64,000 bases of DNA. Origin: Balanoglossus misakiensis (lineage: Eukaryota > Animalia > Hemichordata). The first letter of the stretch is position 1. Every line of letters starts with the position of its first letter. A model generated the notes under the pieces. The model worked only from the letters and a program-made list of their open reading frames with translations. It had not been told where the DNA came from and made no database searches. Shown in pieces: positions 16,701 to 29,500 of this stretch. The DNA lies in contig CM082581.2 of the NCBI GenBank assembly GCA_040954595.2, positions 12,522,286-12,586,285 on the forward strand. The letters are read 5' to 3'. Both the position numbers and the translations under genes were made by a program.

Positions 16701-17871
16701 GACCTAAGACTTTTTTGTTATTGTACAGGAGCTGGTTACAAACTTGCTGCAACATATATCAAACCAAGACACACTGCCAAGGAAATTTTTGGCAAAAGAA
16801 AAGAAGAAACCAACGTCTATAAAATTTTTCGAACCCAAAGTAGAAGAAGAGTAAGTGCATTGGTTGGATTAATTTGGCTAATTTATTAACTCATTTGCAT
16901 ATTTATTAAATCTTTGCAAATAGCCGTAGATCAAGACTCTCTGTATTTTAAATATCAAAGAAGCTGTATTCAAACAGCGCCACAGAATAGAAAATATAGG
17001 AACTCTGCAAGCCATGATATTTCTCAAGTAATTATTGTCTCATGAATATGTTGTGTCTTGAATATCTAAGAAATCCGTCCATTCCTGTTGCAGTTACGAT
17101 ATGGATTCAAAGCGAAAGAGCAAAAGCAAAAAGATGAGCGAATCACAAAAGTTGTTACATAAACACCGACGTGAAATGAAAGGAGCCATCAGAGAAATTC
17201 GAAAAGATGCCCAGTTTATTGCAAGACAGAAATTACAGGACCAGCTGGAAAGGTTTGAATTTATTTTTCACATTTTCATAACACGAACTACAGTGAAATA
17301 CACACACAAATAAATGATTTTCTGGTGTCAGTATGCAGCTCATATAGCTTTCATACGCACAAGATTTTGTGTCGTGATTCCTGCTCTAATCTCTCCTGCA
17401 GGCAATGCATTAGCTTCAAAGTACAACTGGTAGCTGAGATATTGCTAATCTGTCTGAACAGGCTTTTTCACTCGTGATAGATTAAATCCCAAATGCTATA
17501 AACGCCTCAAATATTTGCCACAAAGAAACATAGATTATCACTGGTAATATAGACACATTTAAATTTCAAAATGAAATTGTAAGACTCATCAAAGTGATGC
17601 ACCAGCTCATTTTTAATGATTTATATACCAGATATTTTTGATTAAACCTAAAGGTTCCTAGTGGTATTTTAGAATAGTTTCTTGCATTTCTGTTACAAAA
17701 CTTTTCTCACTGTGATCCATGAAGAAGTATTTGTGTTGAATGAAATGTCATCTTCTCTCTCTCAACAGAGACACAGAAAGAAAACAGAAGCTTCGAGAAC
17801 TATACCACATGCTTGGCACCCAAGAGGGCGACTTCAAGCGATTAGAAAGAAGGAAAGGAAAATTTACATAG
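7711..17871 (+). CDS. NOP14: Nucleolar protein 14 (SSU processome), ~18 coding exons
   Basis: NPFEIQINKQKHSVLGRK, RHHEKASVYNLNEDEELTHYGQSL, TDRLKTPEELAKEERERLERLEADRQKRM, acidic tract, ELPYTFP, CHHPSLAEGNKGKL, LFPTSDFSHIVVTP, RYVPEALNYL, KHRREMKGAIREIRKDAQF. ATG 7711, TAG 17869-17871, AATAAA 17927. Confidence 0.95.
10610..10810 (+). repeat. Coding (GAT)/(GAG) repeats forming the NOP14 Asp/Glu tract
   Basis: GAT run at ~10741-10785 (about 15 Asp) plus GAG runs inside an in-frame exon. Confidence 0.9.
12010..13387. mobile_element. Non-autonomous piggyBac-like DNA transposon (~1.38 kb) in a NOP14 intron
   Basis: TTAA on both flanks (12006-12009, 13388-13391). 16-bp TIRs CCCTTTGCAGCCCAGA / TCTGGGCAGCAAAGGG (1 mismatch) with CCC...GGG ends. 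Subterminal direct repeat GGTGCTCTGGRCAGCA. No transposase ORF. Confidence 0.8.
13865..13946 (+). ncRNA. Candidate intronic box C/D snoRNA
   Basis: Box C ATGATGA 13869-13875, D' CTGA 13885-13888, box D CTGA 13937-13940, short terminal stem (CAA/TTG). Box D is 89 nt upstream of the 3' splice site. The guide CAGTATTTAGCCT is complementary to the recalled 28S segment AGGCUAAAUACUG. Confidence 0.6.
15455..15524. mobile_element. 70-bp Tc1/mariner (pogo/Tigger-like) hairpin MITE in a NOP14 intron
   Basis: Perfect 26-bp TIRs CAGTAGACCCTCGCTAAGTCGCGGGT (15455-15480) and its complement (15499-15524); TA on both flanks. Confidence 0.85.
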
Positions 17872-18092
17872 ACAAATTTTTTGTACTGTGTTTTTTTGTT
17901 TATGTCCGTATTAGAAATATTCACTGAATAAATACAAAATATAATTTATTCGGCAATGGGATCTTCAGGCATATCAGCATCTACGTAATGTTAAAAATGA
18001 TTACATTTATAATTTTTTTTTACCACTTTACATTCAGTATACATTAAAATGTAAGACGTTAATTAAGTTTGGTGAGTGGAATTGTAGTCAGC

Positions 18093-19184
18093 CTAGGCTC
18101 GGGATGTCCCGAGAGTTGTGTCCACAGCGTGGCGAGTGCCACTTGATGGGATCATGCTGAGATCGGCGGTCGCGGCGGTTGGTACCGAGCCCGTTGGCAT
18201 GGAGTCGTTCTCATCCAAAGTCGGCCCCACCCGCACCTGAGCTGCCGAGCGTCCGAAGCAGAAAATCTCTCGAAAACCGTCCCGGTAGTGCTTGTTCTTG
18301 AAGGCGTAGATGAACGGGTTCGCGCAGGAATTGCACAGGGCGAGGATCATGACGGGCATGAATTGCGGCAAAGTTAGTGAGACGGCGCCGGTGTTGTTCA
18401 TCAGCACCATTATCTGGTCAGGCGTCCAGCAGACGACGAACGTGACGAAGACGATGAGCAGCATCTGGACCACTTTGCGCCTGGCACGATTTCGAGAGGT
18501 GGACGCTTGGTAGGGTTGGCCCAGCCCCGCTCCCGGTGCGTTAGATTGAAGCGTATTCTGCTTGAGACACTTCCACATTTTGATGTAAGCCCATGCCATG
18601 GTGACCAGAGGCAGGAGATAGGTGGCGATGAAGAGGAAGACTCCATACGCAAAGAAGACCTCCTTCTTGGTGACGACATAGACGCAGATGCCATCCACGA
18701 CTTTGTGAAAGATGGGGAAATTGGCGAGTATTGCGAACGGCAGGATCCAAGATACGGCGATGGCTACGGTCGCCCACTTTCGGCTGAAGACCAGGCGATG
18801 ACGAACGGGGTATACGATTGCGAACAGGCGCTCTAAGGTGATGGCCACCAGGTGGTAAGTAGACGCCAGGATGCTGATCCAGAACACGTAGCCTGCTTCC
18901 ACCACCACGCACTGGAAATGGCGGACCACAGGATGGCCGGACGGCGGGAACCGTCTTGAGAAAACCGACACAATCCAAAGGAAGGACGATATCAGGTCTG
19001 TGATGGCCAAGCTGGCGATGAAATGGTTGGTCAGATTCTGCAGGCTCTTCCTCCGTGCTATCGTGATGCACACCAGAGAATTGCCCACCATCCCGATGCA
19101 CCCGAACAGTATTTGCACCAGATTGATGGGTTGCCACAGAGACGTGGGTGTGACCGCAGTCGGCGTCGCAACAGTGACATTCAT
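18093..19184 (-). CDS. Intronless class A (rhodopsin-family) GPCR, peptide-receptor-like, 363 aa
   Basis: Seven hydrophobic segments with GN (TM1), LAITD (TM2), ITLERLFAIVYP, W in TM4, CWTP (TM6), NSCANPFIYAF (TM7); N-terminal NVT sequon; GC-rich single ORF. Confidence 0.93.
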   Translation of the reverse strand: MNVTVATPTAVTPTSLWQPINLVQILFGCIGMVGNSLVCITIARRKSLQNLTNHFIASLAITDLISSFLWIVSVFSRRFPPSGHPVVRHFQCVVVEAGYVFWISILASTYHLVAITLERLFAIVYPVRHRLVFSRKWATVAIAVSWILPFAILANFPIFHKVVDGICVYVVTKKEVFFAYGVFLFIATYLLPLVTMAWAYIKMWKCLKQNTLQSNAPGAGLGQPYQASTSRNRARRKVVQMLLIVFVTFVVCWTPDQIMVLMNNTGAVSLTLPQFMPVMILALCNSCANPFIYAFKNKHYRDGFREIFCFGRSAAQVRVGPTLDENDSMPTGSVPTAATADLSMIPSSGTRHAVDTTLGTSRA

Positions 19185-19580
19185 CGCTGTCTCAATTCCA
19201 AAAGTCCTTGATTTACTATAAATGTCTAATAAAAGAACTCCTGATCTAAATAGGGTTGTTCCAAGCCAAACCTGTAGCTGGTGGTTTGCAACTGGAATGA
19301 AAACGACGGCTTCAATTTGTCTGACGAGTCACGGCGATGCCCAGCGTCTGATGTTTACTGGTTCACGCGTTATAGGCCGAGATCCCCTTCGACTCGTAAC
19401 TCAGTGATCTATCGGGAGGAATATTAAAAATGCACTCTTCAAGTTGAAATGTATACAATCATCTATAATTTACATATACCTATAAATGGTCAAACAGTGT
19501 GACTCAGTCTTAGAATGAGCACTTTTAGGGCGCATTTTTTTTTTGCGAATGACTTAAACTCTGTCATTGGCTAATATAAA

Positions 19581-19594
19581 GTTGCCATGGTGAC
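19581..19594. promoter_or_regulatory. RFX X-box upstream of the GPCR
   Basis: GTTGCCATGGTGAC, a near-palindromic match to the RFX consensus, ~400 bp upstream of the GPCR ATG. Confidence 0.55.
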
Positions 19595-20845
19595 TATGGC
19601 TAAGTTTGCATGGGTGGTCGTATATTATTAATGCGTTCCACGAGGACAACCATAGCCACTGGCTTTGTGAAACCTGGGTCGAAAATAGCACACATCCCTC
19701 GTTAGTCTTCGCCACAATCAGTTCTGTGAATTCATTAGGGCCCAAGCCTTATACTTTTGTTTTGAAAGAAAGTGAACATCCCACAGCATGAAGAGCAGTA
19801 CCAACAGGTTTTCATAGACGGCTTAAACAACATGTTGTACACATCTGTCCACTTAGATGATTTGCACGCGAGACACTAATTAATCAGAAGAAAAAAATTC
19901 ATCATCTTTGATCCACTGTGGCGAATAAAACTTTGAAGATACATTTTATGCTAACCGCGTTTTTAATTATTCAAAATAACTACAGGAATATTGATAAGAA
20001 ATATGCCCCATCCAAAGAAACAACTCACCGACTTATGAGGCCTTTGCTGTTCATAAAATAGCTTCCTTATCGTACATCATGTATATCGGTCGTTCAGTAC
20101 TTTTAGACTGATGGAGTTAATTGTTACGTGCATGTAAATCACATCACCCATGAAAAGAAAAACGCACGTGAGCGCTGTCAGAACTTACCGAGCGTCAGTA
20201 CTCTTCCTTCGTTGTCTCTCACATGGGACGTGACTTTATACACCACTCCATGTATTCCAAATGCTATCATGGATTTAAAAAATAATCGTCATGTAATACC
20301 ATATATGGAAATTGTGATTTGCCATGTATTCCGATTCGTTTCTGCCGAGTTCCCGTGGTTGCGTCCCTTTAAATTTTCACCAATCGCGCACGTTGAAATA
20401 TTTCAGAGCTGCACATCGACGCGATCAAATCAAAGGAGCAGTCCATTTGGTGGGTCGTCGGATGGGTTGAACTTACTGGGTGGAAACACGGTATTGCAGC
20501 GTTAAACTTGTAAAGAAACCTAAGAGAATATGCATTTGTTTCAGTTTCGGACAAAAACGCTAGGGGAATTTGTCCGTTCTGGCGTCATATTTTATGAATA
20601 ACCGAGGCGAGAGTACATTGCATCGACCGTTGTGAACGGAGAACGATGAGAAGAAACCCCACCACAGTCCAATTAACCATATGATTAACCATAGACCCTG
20701 GCAATCAGACATCGACATAAGAAAGCCCTCGAGAGGGCGTATAGCACACACCTGTGCGGCAGGTGATTAGGGTTAAACATCACGTCACATGGCGAAATCA
20801 GGTCACCGCTGTGCCCTCTGGGTGAAGCAAAATGATCCTCCATCG

Positions 20846-21120
20846 ACGTGGACATGACAAGTGTATGGCTTCCCTCGCCCTTGTTACTGTTTGATCTTGA
20901 AGTAGGACATCTCTGTATACATGTATATTTTCCTATTGATATATACATGTACATGGACTTCGAGGTCCCCGCTCTGCCCAGAAGCACTGAATCAAAGACA
21001 AAGAATCGTTCATTGGCACGGCGTGGACATGGCAAGTATATATAGATTTCCTCGCCCTTGTAATCGTTTGTTTTCGGATGTATGAAACTTCTTCAGATAC
21101 TTCCCTATTGATACATGTTT
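20846..21120. repeat. Diverged local direct duplication (~100 bp, period ~175 bp)
   Basis: CGTGGACATGRCAAGT...CCTCGCCCTTGT...CCTATTGATA occurs from ~20846 and again from ~21022. Confidence 0.6.
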
Positions 21121-23339
21121 TGCTTTGTTTCTTGTTTTGCGTGAAGGAGGAGCGCATAAAATGCATAATCTCTCAACTTCCCCTTGTGCACAGCAGAGGT
21201 GCACCAATGGAGACCCCAGATATCGAACGTCTCGTCGTAAAAAAAAAAACAGCGTGTTCGCCGGGCCATATGGCCCAGGTGCTCGCATATGCGCATACCA
21301 AAAAACCGTATTTCTAGTTTCCTGATGGTATAATCTTGCCACACACTCTGAAAGCAAAATCCAGTAACACTTTATGCACACTTGCATTGTCTTCAAGTGA
21401 AATACATGTGTGTCCTGAAGTCATGCTTTGAAATGTGAAATATTGAACTCAATATTTTATTCCACTCAAACGCTGTATAGTATATTTTATTTCCCTTTCG
21501 GGTCTTTGAGTGTCGACGAGAAAGTACACACAATACCGATAACACTTCAAAAAGGCCGCAGTTACTTATCGAATGGGTTGTCTGAGGCAAAAAATGGCCC
21601 CAGTGGCTCGGAGTTTTCACAAGGGTCCTTTAAAAAGAACGTGTGCCTACTGTTCCAACGTCACATGATCATGGGCAAGGTCGATTCAAATAGAGGGGGG
21701 GGGGGACAAAGATACTATCAATTTAATTCGCCTCTTACAGTGACTGTCATGTAATTAACATCACCCAAACCCGCTGCAAACTATACAGATATCGAGACAA
21801 GAAAACCGAATTGTGAGAAGAAAGCTACGCGCCCTTGCAAATTTCCTCTGGTTTATTGAAGTGTGTTATTATAATGACTTACACAAGGACGATCCATCAT
21901 GACAACCACAAACGAGTTAGCTGGTTTTAGCTAATAGGCAGTAGATGGAATTAGATATTGTGCATCACTGACATACAAAGTACACGCAGACACAGCGTTA
22001 ATATCGCAATAACTCATTTTGCCATTTTATTTTTCTGAACATTGAGGTAAATTTTGATTTACATTTCAAGACCAGGTAGCATAAAATCGTCGTCGCTTAC
22101 ATTACTCTCAGAAGTGAAATGCGAGAAAGGTTAAAAAACAACTTGAAAGAAAAAAATGCGAAATGCATTCAATATTGCAAATGTGCAAACATGGTTTTAA
22201 CACGAACAAGATGACGTAGTTCCAGAAAACTGCCGCAAACTGTTTGGAAGAGTGAAGGATACAAAAGAATCGGGTATGCTGAAGACTGTAAACCTTGCCA
22301 GAGCAAGGCCTCTATAAAAGGACCGCGGACCCATTAATGAGAACGTCTTCATTCCAAACAAAAAAAAGCCTGAGTCCCAAAGGGTCTGAACCTTTAATGA
22401 GCAAAGAAAAGTTTTCCTAGGACTGGTGTCTAAATCTTTTCAGGCACATTTTACATTTCAACATTGCTAATCTGAAAACTTTTCTGTTGTAACAATGTAA
22501 GGCACGGTTCTGTGCTACGTCGGTTTTGAATAATTGATAATTCCCATGCTTACCCAAATCTGCGATGATTCTCTAGGAGTTAATCCTTGCGAATGATAAG
22601 CTCTTGGAAAAGGGGGCTTAGCTTGGGGCATAGGGACTTTCTTTCGAGATATGCCATGATTATAACGCGATCAAGATAGTTGACAGGGATGGCGATATTA
22701 AGGTGGCTTACTCCTCGGGGACAAGTTCCTAATGGGCCCTTTACTCCACGTTTTCTCTCCTACGCTGAGACTCGCAGTTTCACCAGACGCGTCTACGTCT
22801 GAAATGACCAAAAGTGTAGCACGTTTATGCACGGTCATAAGCTGATTCAGTGTTTATATGCATAATCATTGTTGATGCCCGCGTGGTTTATGGTGCACGT
22901 GTCAGGGAATCTGCAAGTCACTGTGATGGCGAGCAACTTCGCCTCGCAAAGCACCTTGAAACACTACCAGTATTTATAATTTTCCGGTAGTCATCGTTAC
23001 AAAATCAAATTTGTCTATTTTAAAAGCACTCCGTACAATATTGAATTCCCCTTTATTTTTATCGAAACACCGACGCATGTTTTCTATTCCTGCAGACTAC
23101 GTAATACTAGTATGTAAGTATGTATGTATGTATGTATGTAGGCTATGTGTGCGCGCACGCGCGTTTGTCCAAATACAATATCTTACGTGACCAGCCACCT
23201 CGAGATTTGTTATCTTTTGTTTGTCTTGACAATACTTGGCGCTTCACCCAAGGTGAGTCGTTTGTAAAAACACTGAGTAAGGCAGGAACCCGGTCCGGGC
23301 AATCGTAGCTGAAACCGTCTGGGTGTGGTATGTGGGGGA

Positions 23340-23444
23340 ACACAGGCGGCACCGTAGTTGCGCTTATAAAGGATACATGTATATACTTATACTCCTATGA
23401 CATGTACATGTATTATATAAGCGCAACTATGGTGCCGCCTGTGT
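23340..23444. mobile_element. ~105-bp MITE with ~29-bp TIRs
   Basis: ACACAGGCGGCACCGTAGTTGCGCTTATA ... TATAAGCGCAACTATGGTGCCGCCTGTGT (1 mismatch); GGGGGA directly repeated on both flanks. Confidence 0.75.
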
Positions 23445-23640
23445 GGGGGACAACATGGCCACCAGGGATATAATGGTGTGGTACGTGGTGCACGTGCAGC
23501 TGAACAAGGAAGCCATTCCCGGACAATACGACCTCATTGAGTGTGGCGCCGTGACATAAGATCAACGGGTAACCTCAAGTAACCTCAATGTGTACTAGAA
23601 GGATTTTCCACGCACCCCACTGCCATGCCTTTTAAAAACC

Positions 23641-23713
23641 TAGCCTGGTATCCAGACCGCAGTGTTAGATTCACACACAGTGTGTGAATCTAAATGGTCT
23701 GGATACCAGGCTA
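23641..23713. mobile_element. 73-bp palindromic MITE-like hairpin
   Basis: TAGCCTGGTATCCAGACC / GGTCTGGATACCAGGCTA form a perfect 18-bp inverted repeat, with an inner TTAGATTCACACA / TGTGTGAATCTAA pair. Confidence 0.75.
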
Positions 23714-24006
23714 CAGAAAACCATACCCCAAACCACGGACAAAGTCTGTCTGTCCATGGTCTGTCGCTCTCTGTCTATCTTTCTCTTTGTCTGTGCCCAA
23801 ACCATATATTAAAGCGCGACAGGCGTGAACCCCGAGCTTGCGCTCGACCCAATGTCAAAGGGCGCTTTCAGAGTGGAGGAATTTTAACGCGTAAAAAATA
23901 CACCAGCAAATCTGGCCCTAATCCGAACCTGTACATTTATGAAATATGCGCAAACAATGAAGCAATAATTTAATTGTCAACTCAGAGCCTGGACGGATGA
24001 TGTGGA

Positions 24007-26022
24007 ATGGCGGCGGTTCAAGTTCAAGCACCGCGTGAATCCGTGAAGATAAGACAGGAGGATGCTCCACCGGACGGCGGTTGGGGATGGGTGATTGTTG
24101 TGGCAGGACATTTCTCGCTGCTTCTCTCGCTTGGAAGTCTGACGGCATTCGGCCCGTTTATCGTGCGTTTGAAAGAATACTATGGCAGCGGTGCTGGACT
24201 TATTGGTGGGATCAGCGGTGCAGCGGTGTTTGTAACATTGTGGATGGGTAAGTATGTCATTGTCAATCTCAAGTTTATTTTCGGTGTGAAAGTTAATGAA
24301 TTGAGATGTAGAGCTGAGGACACGAAGATTGATTTTCAACGATTGCGATGGCTAAAGTAGTGTTAATTATCGAGATTTTGCCTGCTAGCCTCAATGTGAT
24401 AATTGTATCATTGAAGGCACATTTACAAATGTGTGTATAATTCTATGGATCACAAAACAGAATCACGGTCATTTACATCCAGGTCCTGTATCGAGTTTAA
24501 TGACGACTCGATTTGGTTTTCGACCTGTCGTTATGACAGGCGGTGTCATAGCGACGCTGGGACTCGTCCTCAGTTCCCTAGCAACGGAGATTTATCAACT
24601 TTACCTGACTTATAGCCTCATTTCAGGTAAGTTTTGTGGAATTTATCAATCGATCAGTCAGTCATCAGCCAGTCAGTCAGTCAGTAAATCAATCAATCAA
24701 TCAAATTATGACCTATGTAGCCCAGCATTGTTTTTGCATTGTTCCTATGATAAACACAATTGCTTGCCTAAGCTTCTGGTTGAGGAAAAGAGGAACAACT
24801 TTTTACCCTTCGTGCTTTCCCTCCCTCGCAGGCATCGGCTACGGAATGGTCTTGACTCCCAGCATGGCATTCTTTTCGCGTTACTTTAGAAAGCGCTATG
24901 CCACCGCAAATGGCATTGGTTTTGCAGGGATAGCCGTGGCATGGATCGTTCTACCGACTCTGTTCCAGAAGTTGATCGATTCGTTTGGCTGGAAGGGTGC
25001 CATGATGGTCGTTGCCGGTATCACCGCCAACATCTGCGTTTTCGCGGCCCTGTTGCGTCCCCCGCCACAGAAACCTGTGACCGTACAGCCAGATGCAAAG
25101 ACCAATCTACCTAGAGATTCTAGTATACAAGTACGAAGTGATGCCGTTCCCCCGAGCGATCACGAAAAGGATTTGAAGACAACAGGAAGATGTCGGACGG
25201 CTCTGCTAAAACTTGTAGATGTAGAACTATTCCGTAATCCCCTGTTTCTCATAATGATCCTAAATAACCTTTTGGTAGGGCTAGGTTTCTATCCATCAGT
25301 TTTGTTCCTCGTAGCCCGCGCGGTAGCGTACGGAATACCAGACCCCCTTCCAACGGCTCTGATGACAGTCTGGGGTGTATTCAGCGTAATAGGGCGGGCC
25401 GTCCATGGCTTCTTCGTCGATCGCGGAATCATAACCGCTACCCAGGGATTCTGTGGTGGTCTTTTGGTGTGCAGTCTGGTGAACATACTCAGCTTCCCTG
25501 TTCAAAACTTTGTGGGACTGGCGCTCCTGTACGGACTGTTTGGCATAAGTAATGGTGTGTTTCACCCGTTGGCTACAGTTGTCCTGAAAGATTTTCTAGG
25601 CGTGGAGAAGTTGCCTGCAGCCCTTGGTCTGTGCAACATATTCCTCGGCTTAGGCGGATTGCTTGGGTCACCAATCGCCGGTAAGCTCTGCAAAGTGCAT
25701 GTTCTAGTCGCTCGAGACAATTTTATAACAAAAACCAGATACTTGCCATCCGGTCGTTCATGGTGGGTTTTCCAAGCCAGTATATGACAGCACTGGTCTC
25801 CGTTGCAGACAAGTCAAACTGATGTCATTTTATTGTGCTGATTCATTGTAATTTCAATCATGTTTTTCAGGTTGGATTTTCGACTCTACCGGAGATTACA
25901 ACTTTTGTTTCGTCTACTCAGGGGCGATGTTATTTGCGGCTGGTTCTTTGATGGCGTTTGTGCCGTGCATCAAGAGACGGCAAGTCCGAAAACTCAGGAC
26001 CTTCAAAGTCGTCTATTTATAA
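24007..26022 (+). CDS. Monocarboxylate transporter family (SLC16/MFS), 4 exons (approx. 24007-24247, 24483-24625, 24832-25680, 25872-26022)
   Basis: APPDGGWGWVIV signature, RFGFRPVVMTGG, YFRKRYATANGIGFAG, FGWKGAM, GSPIAGWIFDSTGDY; in-phase GT-AG junctions; TAA at 26020-26022. Confidence 0.93.
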
Positions 26023-26537
26023 ACCCTTCCACCGTTGTGCGTAATGGAAAGACAAGGTAGTGAAAAATGTTCAATTTTACGGTATTTCATGAAACGCGTG
26101 CCAGAGCTGACTACACACGCGTAATTGCCAAAATCACAGTCCCTCAAGAAAGAAGGTCGGGAATCGCCTACTGTTCGGACGTGTGAACGAGAGGATAAAC
26201 TGTAGGATGCGCATTATGGTCACGTGACCATCTTAGCTACAGTCGCTCTACTATCTACTACCATTTTCCCCATACGTAAGTTATGTTTCAAGTACATTCC
26301 AATTCAGTACATTAAATTCATTCGACATGTTTTTAAAGACAATGTTTATTAATTATCCACAGACAATTTTGAAAATTATATCGCTTCTAAAAATATACAC
26401 AAGATTAGATGGACCAGAAACAAGTATTTTCACATCAATTTGAGATTAAATTACCGTAACAAACATGAAATGTCTTTTTAGTGAAAGTTTATACAAAGCT
26501 TATGTCTGCATTATATATACATTCCGTGCTTAATTTT

Positions 26538-29500
26538 TTATGTTTGGTCAACGTCCATAGTCAAGTCCATTTTAGTCATGATGGTTGGTCGTGTTGGGAA
26601 TCCGCCACCCCGAAGTCCAGCCAAGAATGTCTGTGGTTTGGGTACATTACTGCCGCCATCACGTTTGGTCTGACTCTCTTGATCCCTGCAATGAGTTAAA
26701 TAAACAAACCAAGCATGTTCAGTATTCACAAAGTACATGTTGAAAGAACACTTCTGAATGAGAGCATTTATCATTGCAGAGTCATGTCAGGGTGCCAAGA
26801 TTTAATTGTATTTACTGTGGATAGATTTATAACCAGTATGCACAAAGGTAAAAATGTCGAGGTTGGTCTGTTCATTGCACCAGCTGTATTACAATATTCA
26901 TCAAATCTCATCACTTACTTTGGTAGATAGACTTGAGACACATTGTCTCTTCTCATATTACTGAGATTGGTCTGCATGGAGTGTGTCACCTTTGTTCTCA
27001 AATTAGTCTGTAACCAAAAGGAACATGTCATTATTTAAGAAATGAAATTTCCCTTCTGATTGACAAATCCTACCCCTTTTAAATTACTGTCTATTCGCAA
27101 CAGTTGTCTTTACTCACCAATTTGATGGCTTTGCGTCTGAGTTCCCATTCATTCCACTCATAGGACTTGACAATGTTGGGTTCCAGTATGTGGGTGTCTG
27201 TCTGCACCCCCATATCACATTTTGTGATTGGTTTTTCAATCATCTTACCCTGGTCACGACCCTGAAAAGAAAACAGAACAAACAGACTGAATTTACAAAA
27301 AAATCACATTATATATCATGACAAATGTTAAAACTTCAGACTCAAACTCTGTCCAACATGAGTCACATATTACCTGTGAGTAGGGTGTGATAGTTGCGAA
27401 TTGAGTGTGTAGTTCCAACAGTTGGATCAGTTCGGGTGATCTTTTAGCGCCTTCTGCCACCATCATGATGTAACTAGAAAAAATAGATAAAAAAAGTAAA
27501 TCCCTACTTAATCAATATTTGCTCTTAAAATGTTCAGAGCTACTGAGCATTCATGGATACAAAAACTTGCTTTATCTGATAGATTTTCCATTGGCTGTGA
27601 ACAGCGCCATCTACAGGACGACATTTTACAATGGATCACACTTACCTGTCAGGGTCACTAGCAAACTCATATGCTGCTTTTTTGGTGGAAAATGTATAAT
27701 AGCGATCTTTGTAACGTAACACACCGATATCAGGGTTGCCGGGTAACAGCAACCGGTCATATGTCACCATCGTCCAGCCACAATAACCCTTCAAAAGAAT
27801 GAAAAGGCAATTTAGTATCATCGTAACCTTGAAATCAACTTGTCTCAGGTTGGTGAACATTACTGAAGTTGAAAGTCTTTCACACTCAACGTTTATGCTG
27901 ATATGGAGAGCTTACCCTGTACTGCAGTGGAAGTCTTTCAAAGTTCTTGGTGGTCTCTGGGAAGAGCCAGTCTAGATGCTTGAAGTCTGATGGATTGACT
28001 TGATGATCTGGTCCAGTGTTCTAGTTGTTGTTTTGGTGGGGGAGAGAACAGAGATGGTGCTCAGATATGTGAATGGGGAGAAGATATTAAAATAAAATCA
28101 AAGTTACCGCTGCATTCATCTCAAATCATTCAGGGTGGTGACCTAGAAGAACAGTCACAGTCCAGAATTCAAATGGACAGTAGCAACACAAACGAAAAAC
28201 CCACTGGTGGCATGTACAATGCATCAGCACAACACTCACATTTCTGATTCTCTGTTCGTCAGTTTGTACATACACATCCTCCATGAATGGTTGAAGCATT
28301 TCTTCTGTAAAGACTTCACGGTGACCCTGCAGAGAACATGGATCATGTGTCTGTATTAAAGCAGCCACTTCACAAACAGGTGTAAACAGTGTTTTTTCTC
28401 TATTAGGGAACATTTACTGGTATATTCAAATGAAAGAAACGTGCTGATTTATCTCTACATCAACATACCTTCGTGTACGGTTCAAGACTGGCTAAGATGT
28501 TACTGAGAACACTGAGAAGTACCATCTCATCCTGAAAACCACTCCAAATGTGTGCTAGGCTGATAAACTGTGGCTGCAGAAATGAATCATAAAAAATCAA
28601 TGATCTGATTTTGGTGTATCACTGCAGTTGTCCTGTGATGTAGTGGTATGATGCAGGGTACTTACATAGACTTGGGCGGTTGGTACAGCTGTCTTGGACT
28701 GCACTGTGGCTTGCAAGGTTTCCATCCTGGATGCCAGCTGTGCTTCCAACATTTCAACTTGCTGTGCGCAGTTTATGACATCATTCTGGATGTAGAATAC
28801 AGGTTTGAAGAATTTAAAGATAATGCACATGTAGAGTTAATGATGGTGAAGACTTCCTTTTTATACATAGCACATGTACACTGCATTGTCATACTCAAAG
28901 GGCTTATAATTATAGACAGGCTTGACTTGTCTGTATGAGGTGCTGCCAACAATTGAGAGTCTCAAACCTACCAGTATAATCCTGAGGAATGCTTCATGCT
29001 GTCTGGCATTCACCAGGGAATCTTTCAACAACTGCAGTGATGGTCCTTCCTTCACTTGATCAGCTGCCATCTTCTCAATCAAACCTGCTCACATAAAGAA
29101 TAAACGAAATCATTCAAATTGGACATATTTGAATTCTGGCATATTAATACCTGAGAACAAACATGAAATCACCATGACACTTGTTTAGCAGAGTCACATG
29201 CTTTCACAAATACATCACTGGGAATGATGACCCTTTTGAGGACTATAATGCATAATTGGACTGATGTTCGTCCCATACCTGTGTATCTGAAAGCAGTGTC
29301 TGTTGTCCTCTGGATTTCTATATCAACATTCTGTGTTGTAGCAGGAACAGCTTCGTTCAAAATTGCAGGCACTGAAAACGCAAGACAACAGTGGATTATA
29401 GCCAACTCCTGCAATATCACAACACTGAAATTCACTGCTGTAGGCTTCAAATACTATTGTACTGGGCAGACTTGTGTTCTGAGACGTACTTACAGTCATC

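Noticed and set aside
22698-22960. Possible Kolobok-type MITE starting TTAAGGTGG
   Set aside because: The right end is too degenerate to define TIRs or a target-site duplication.
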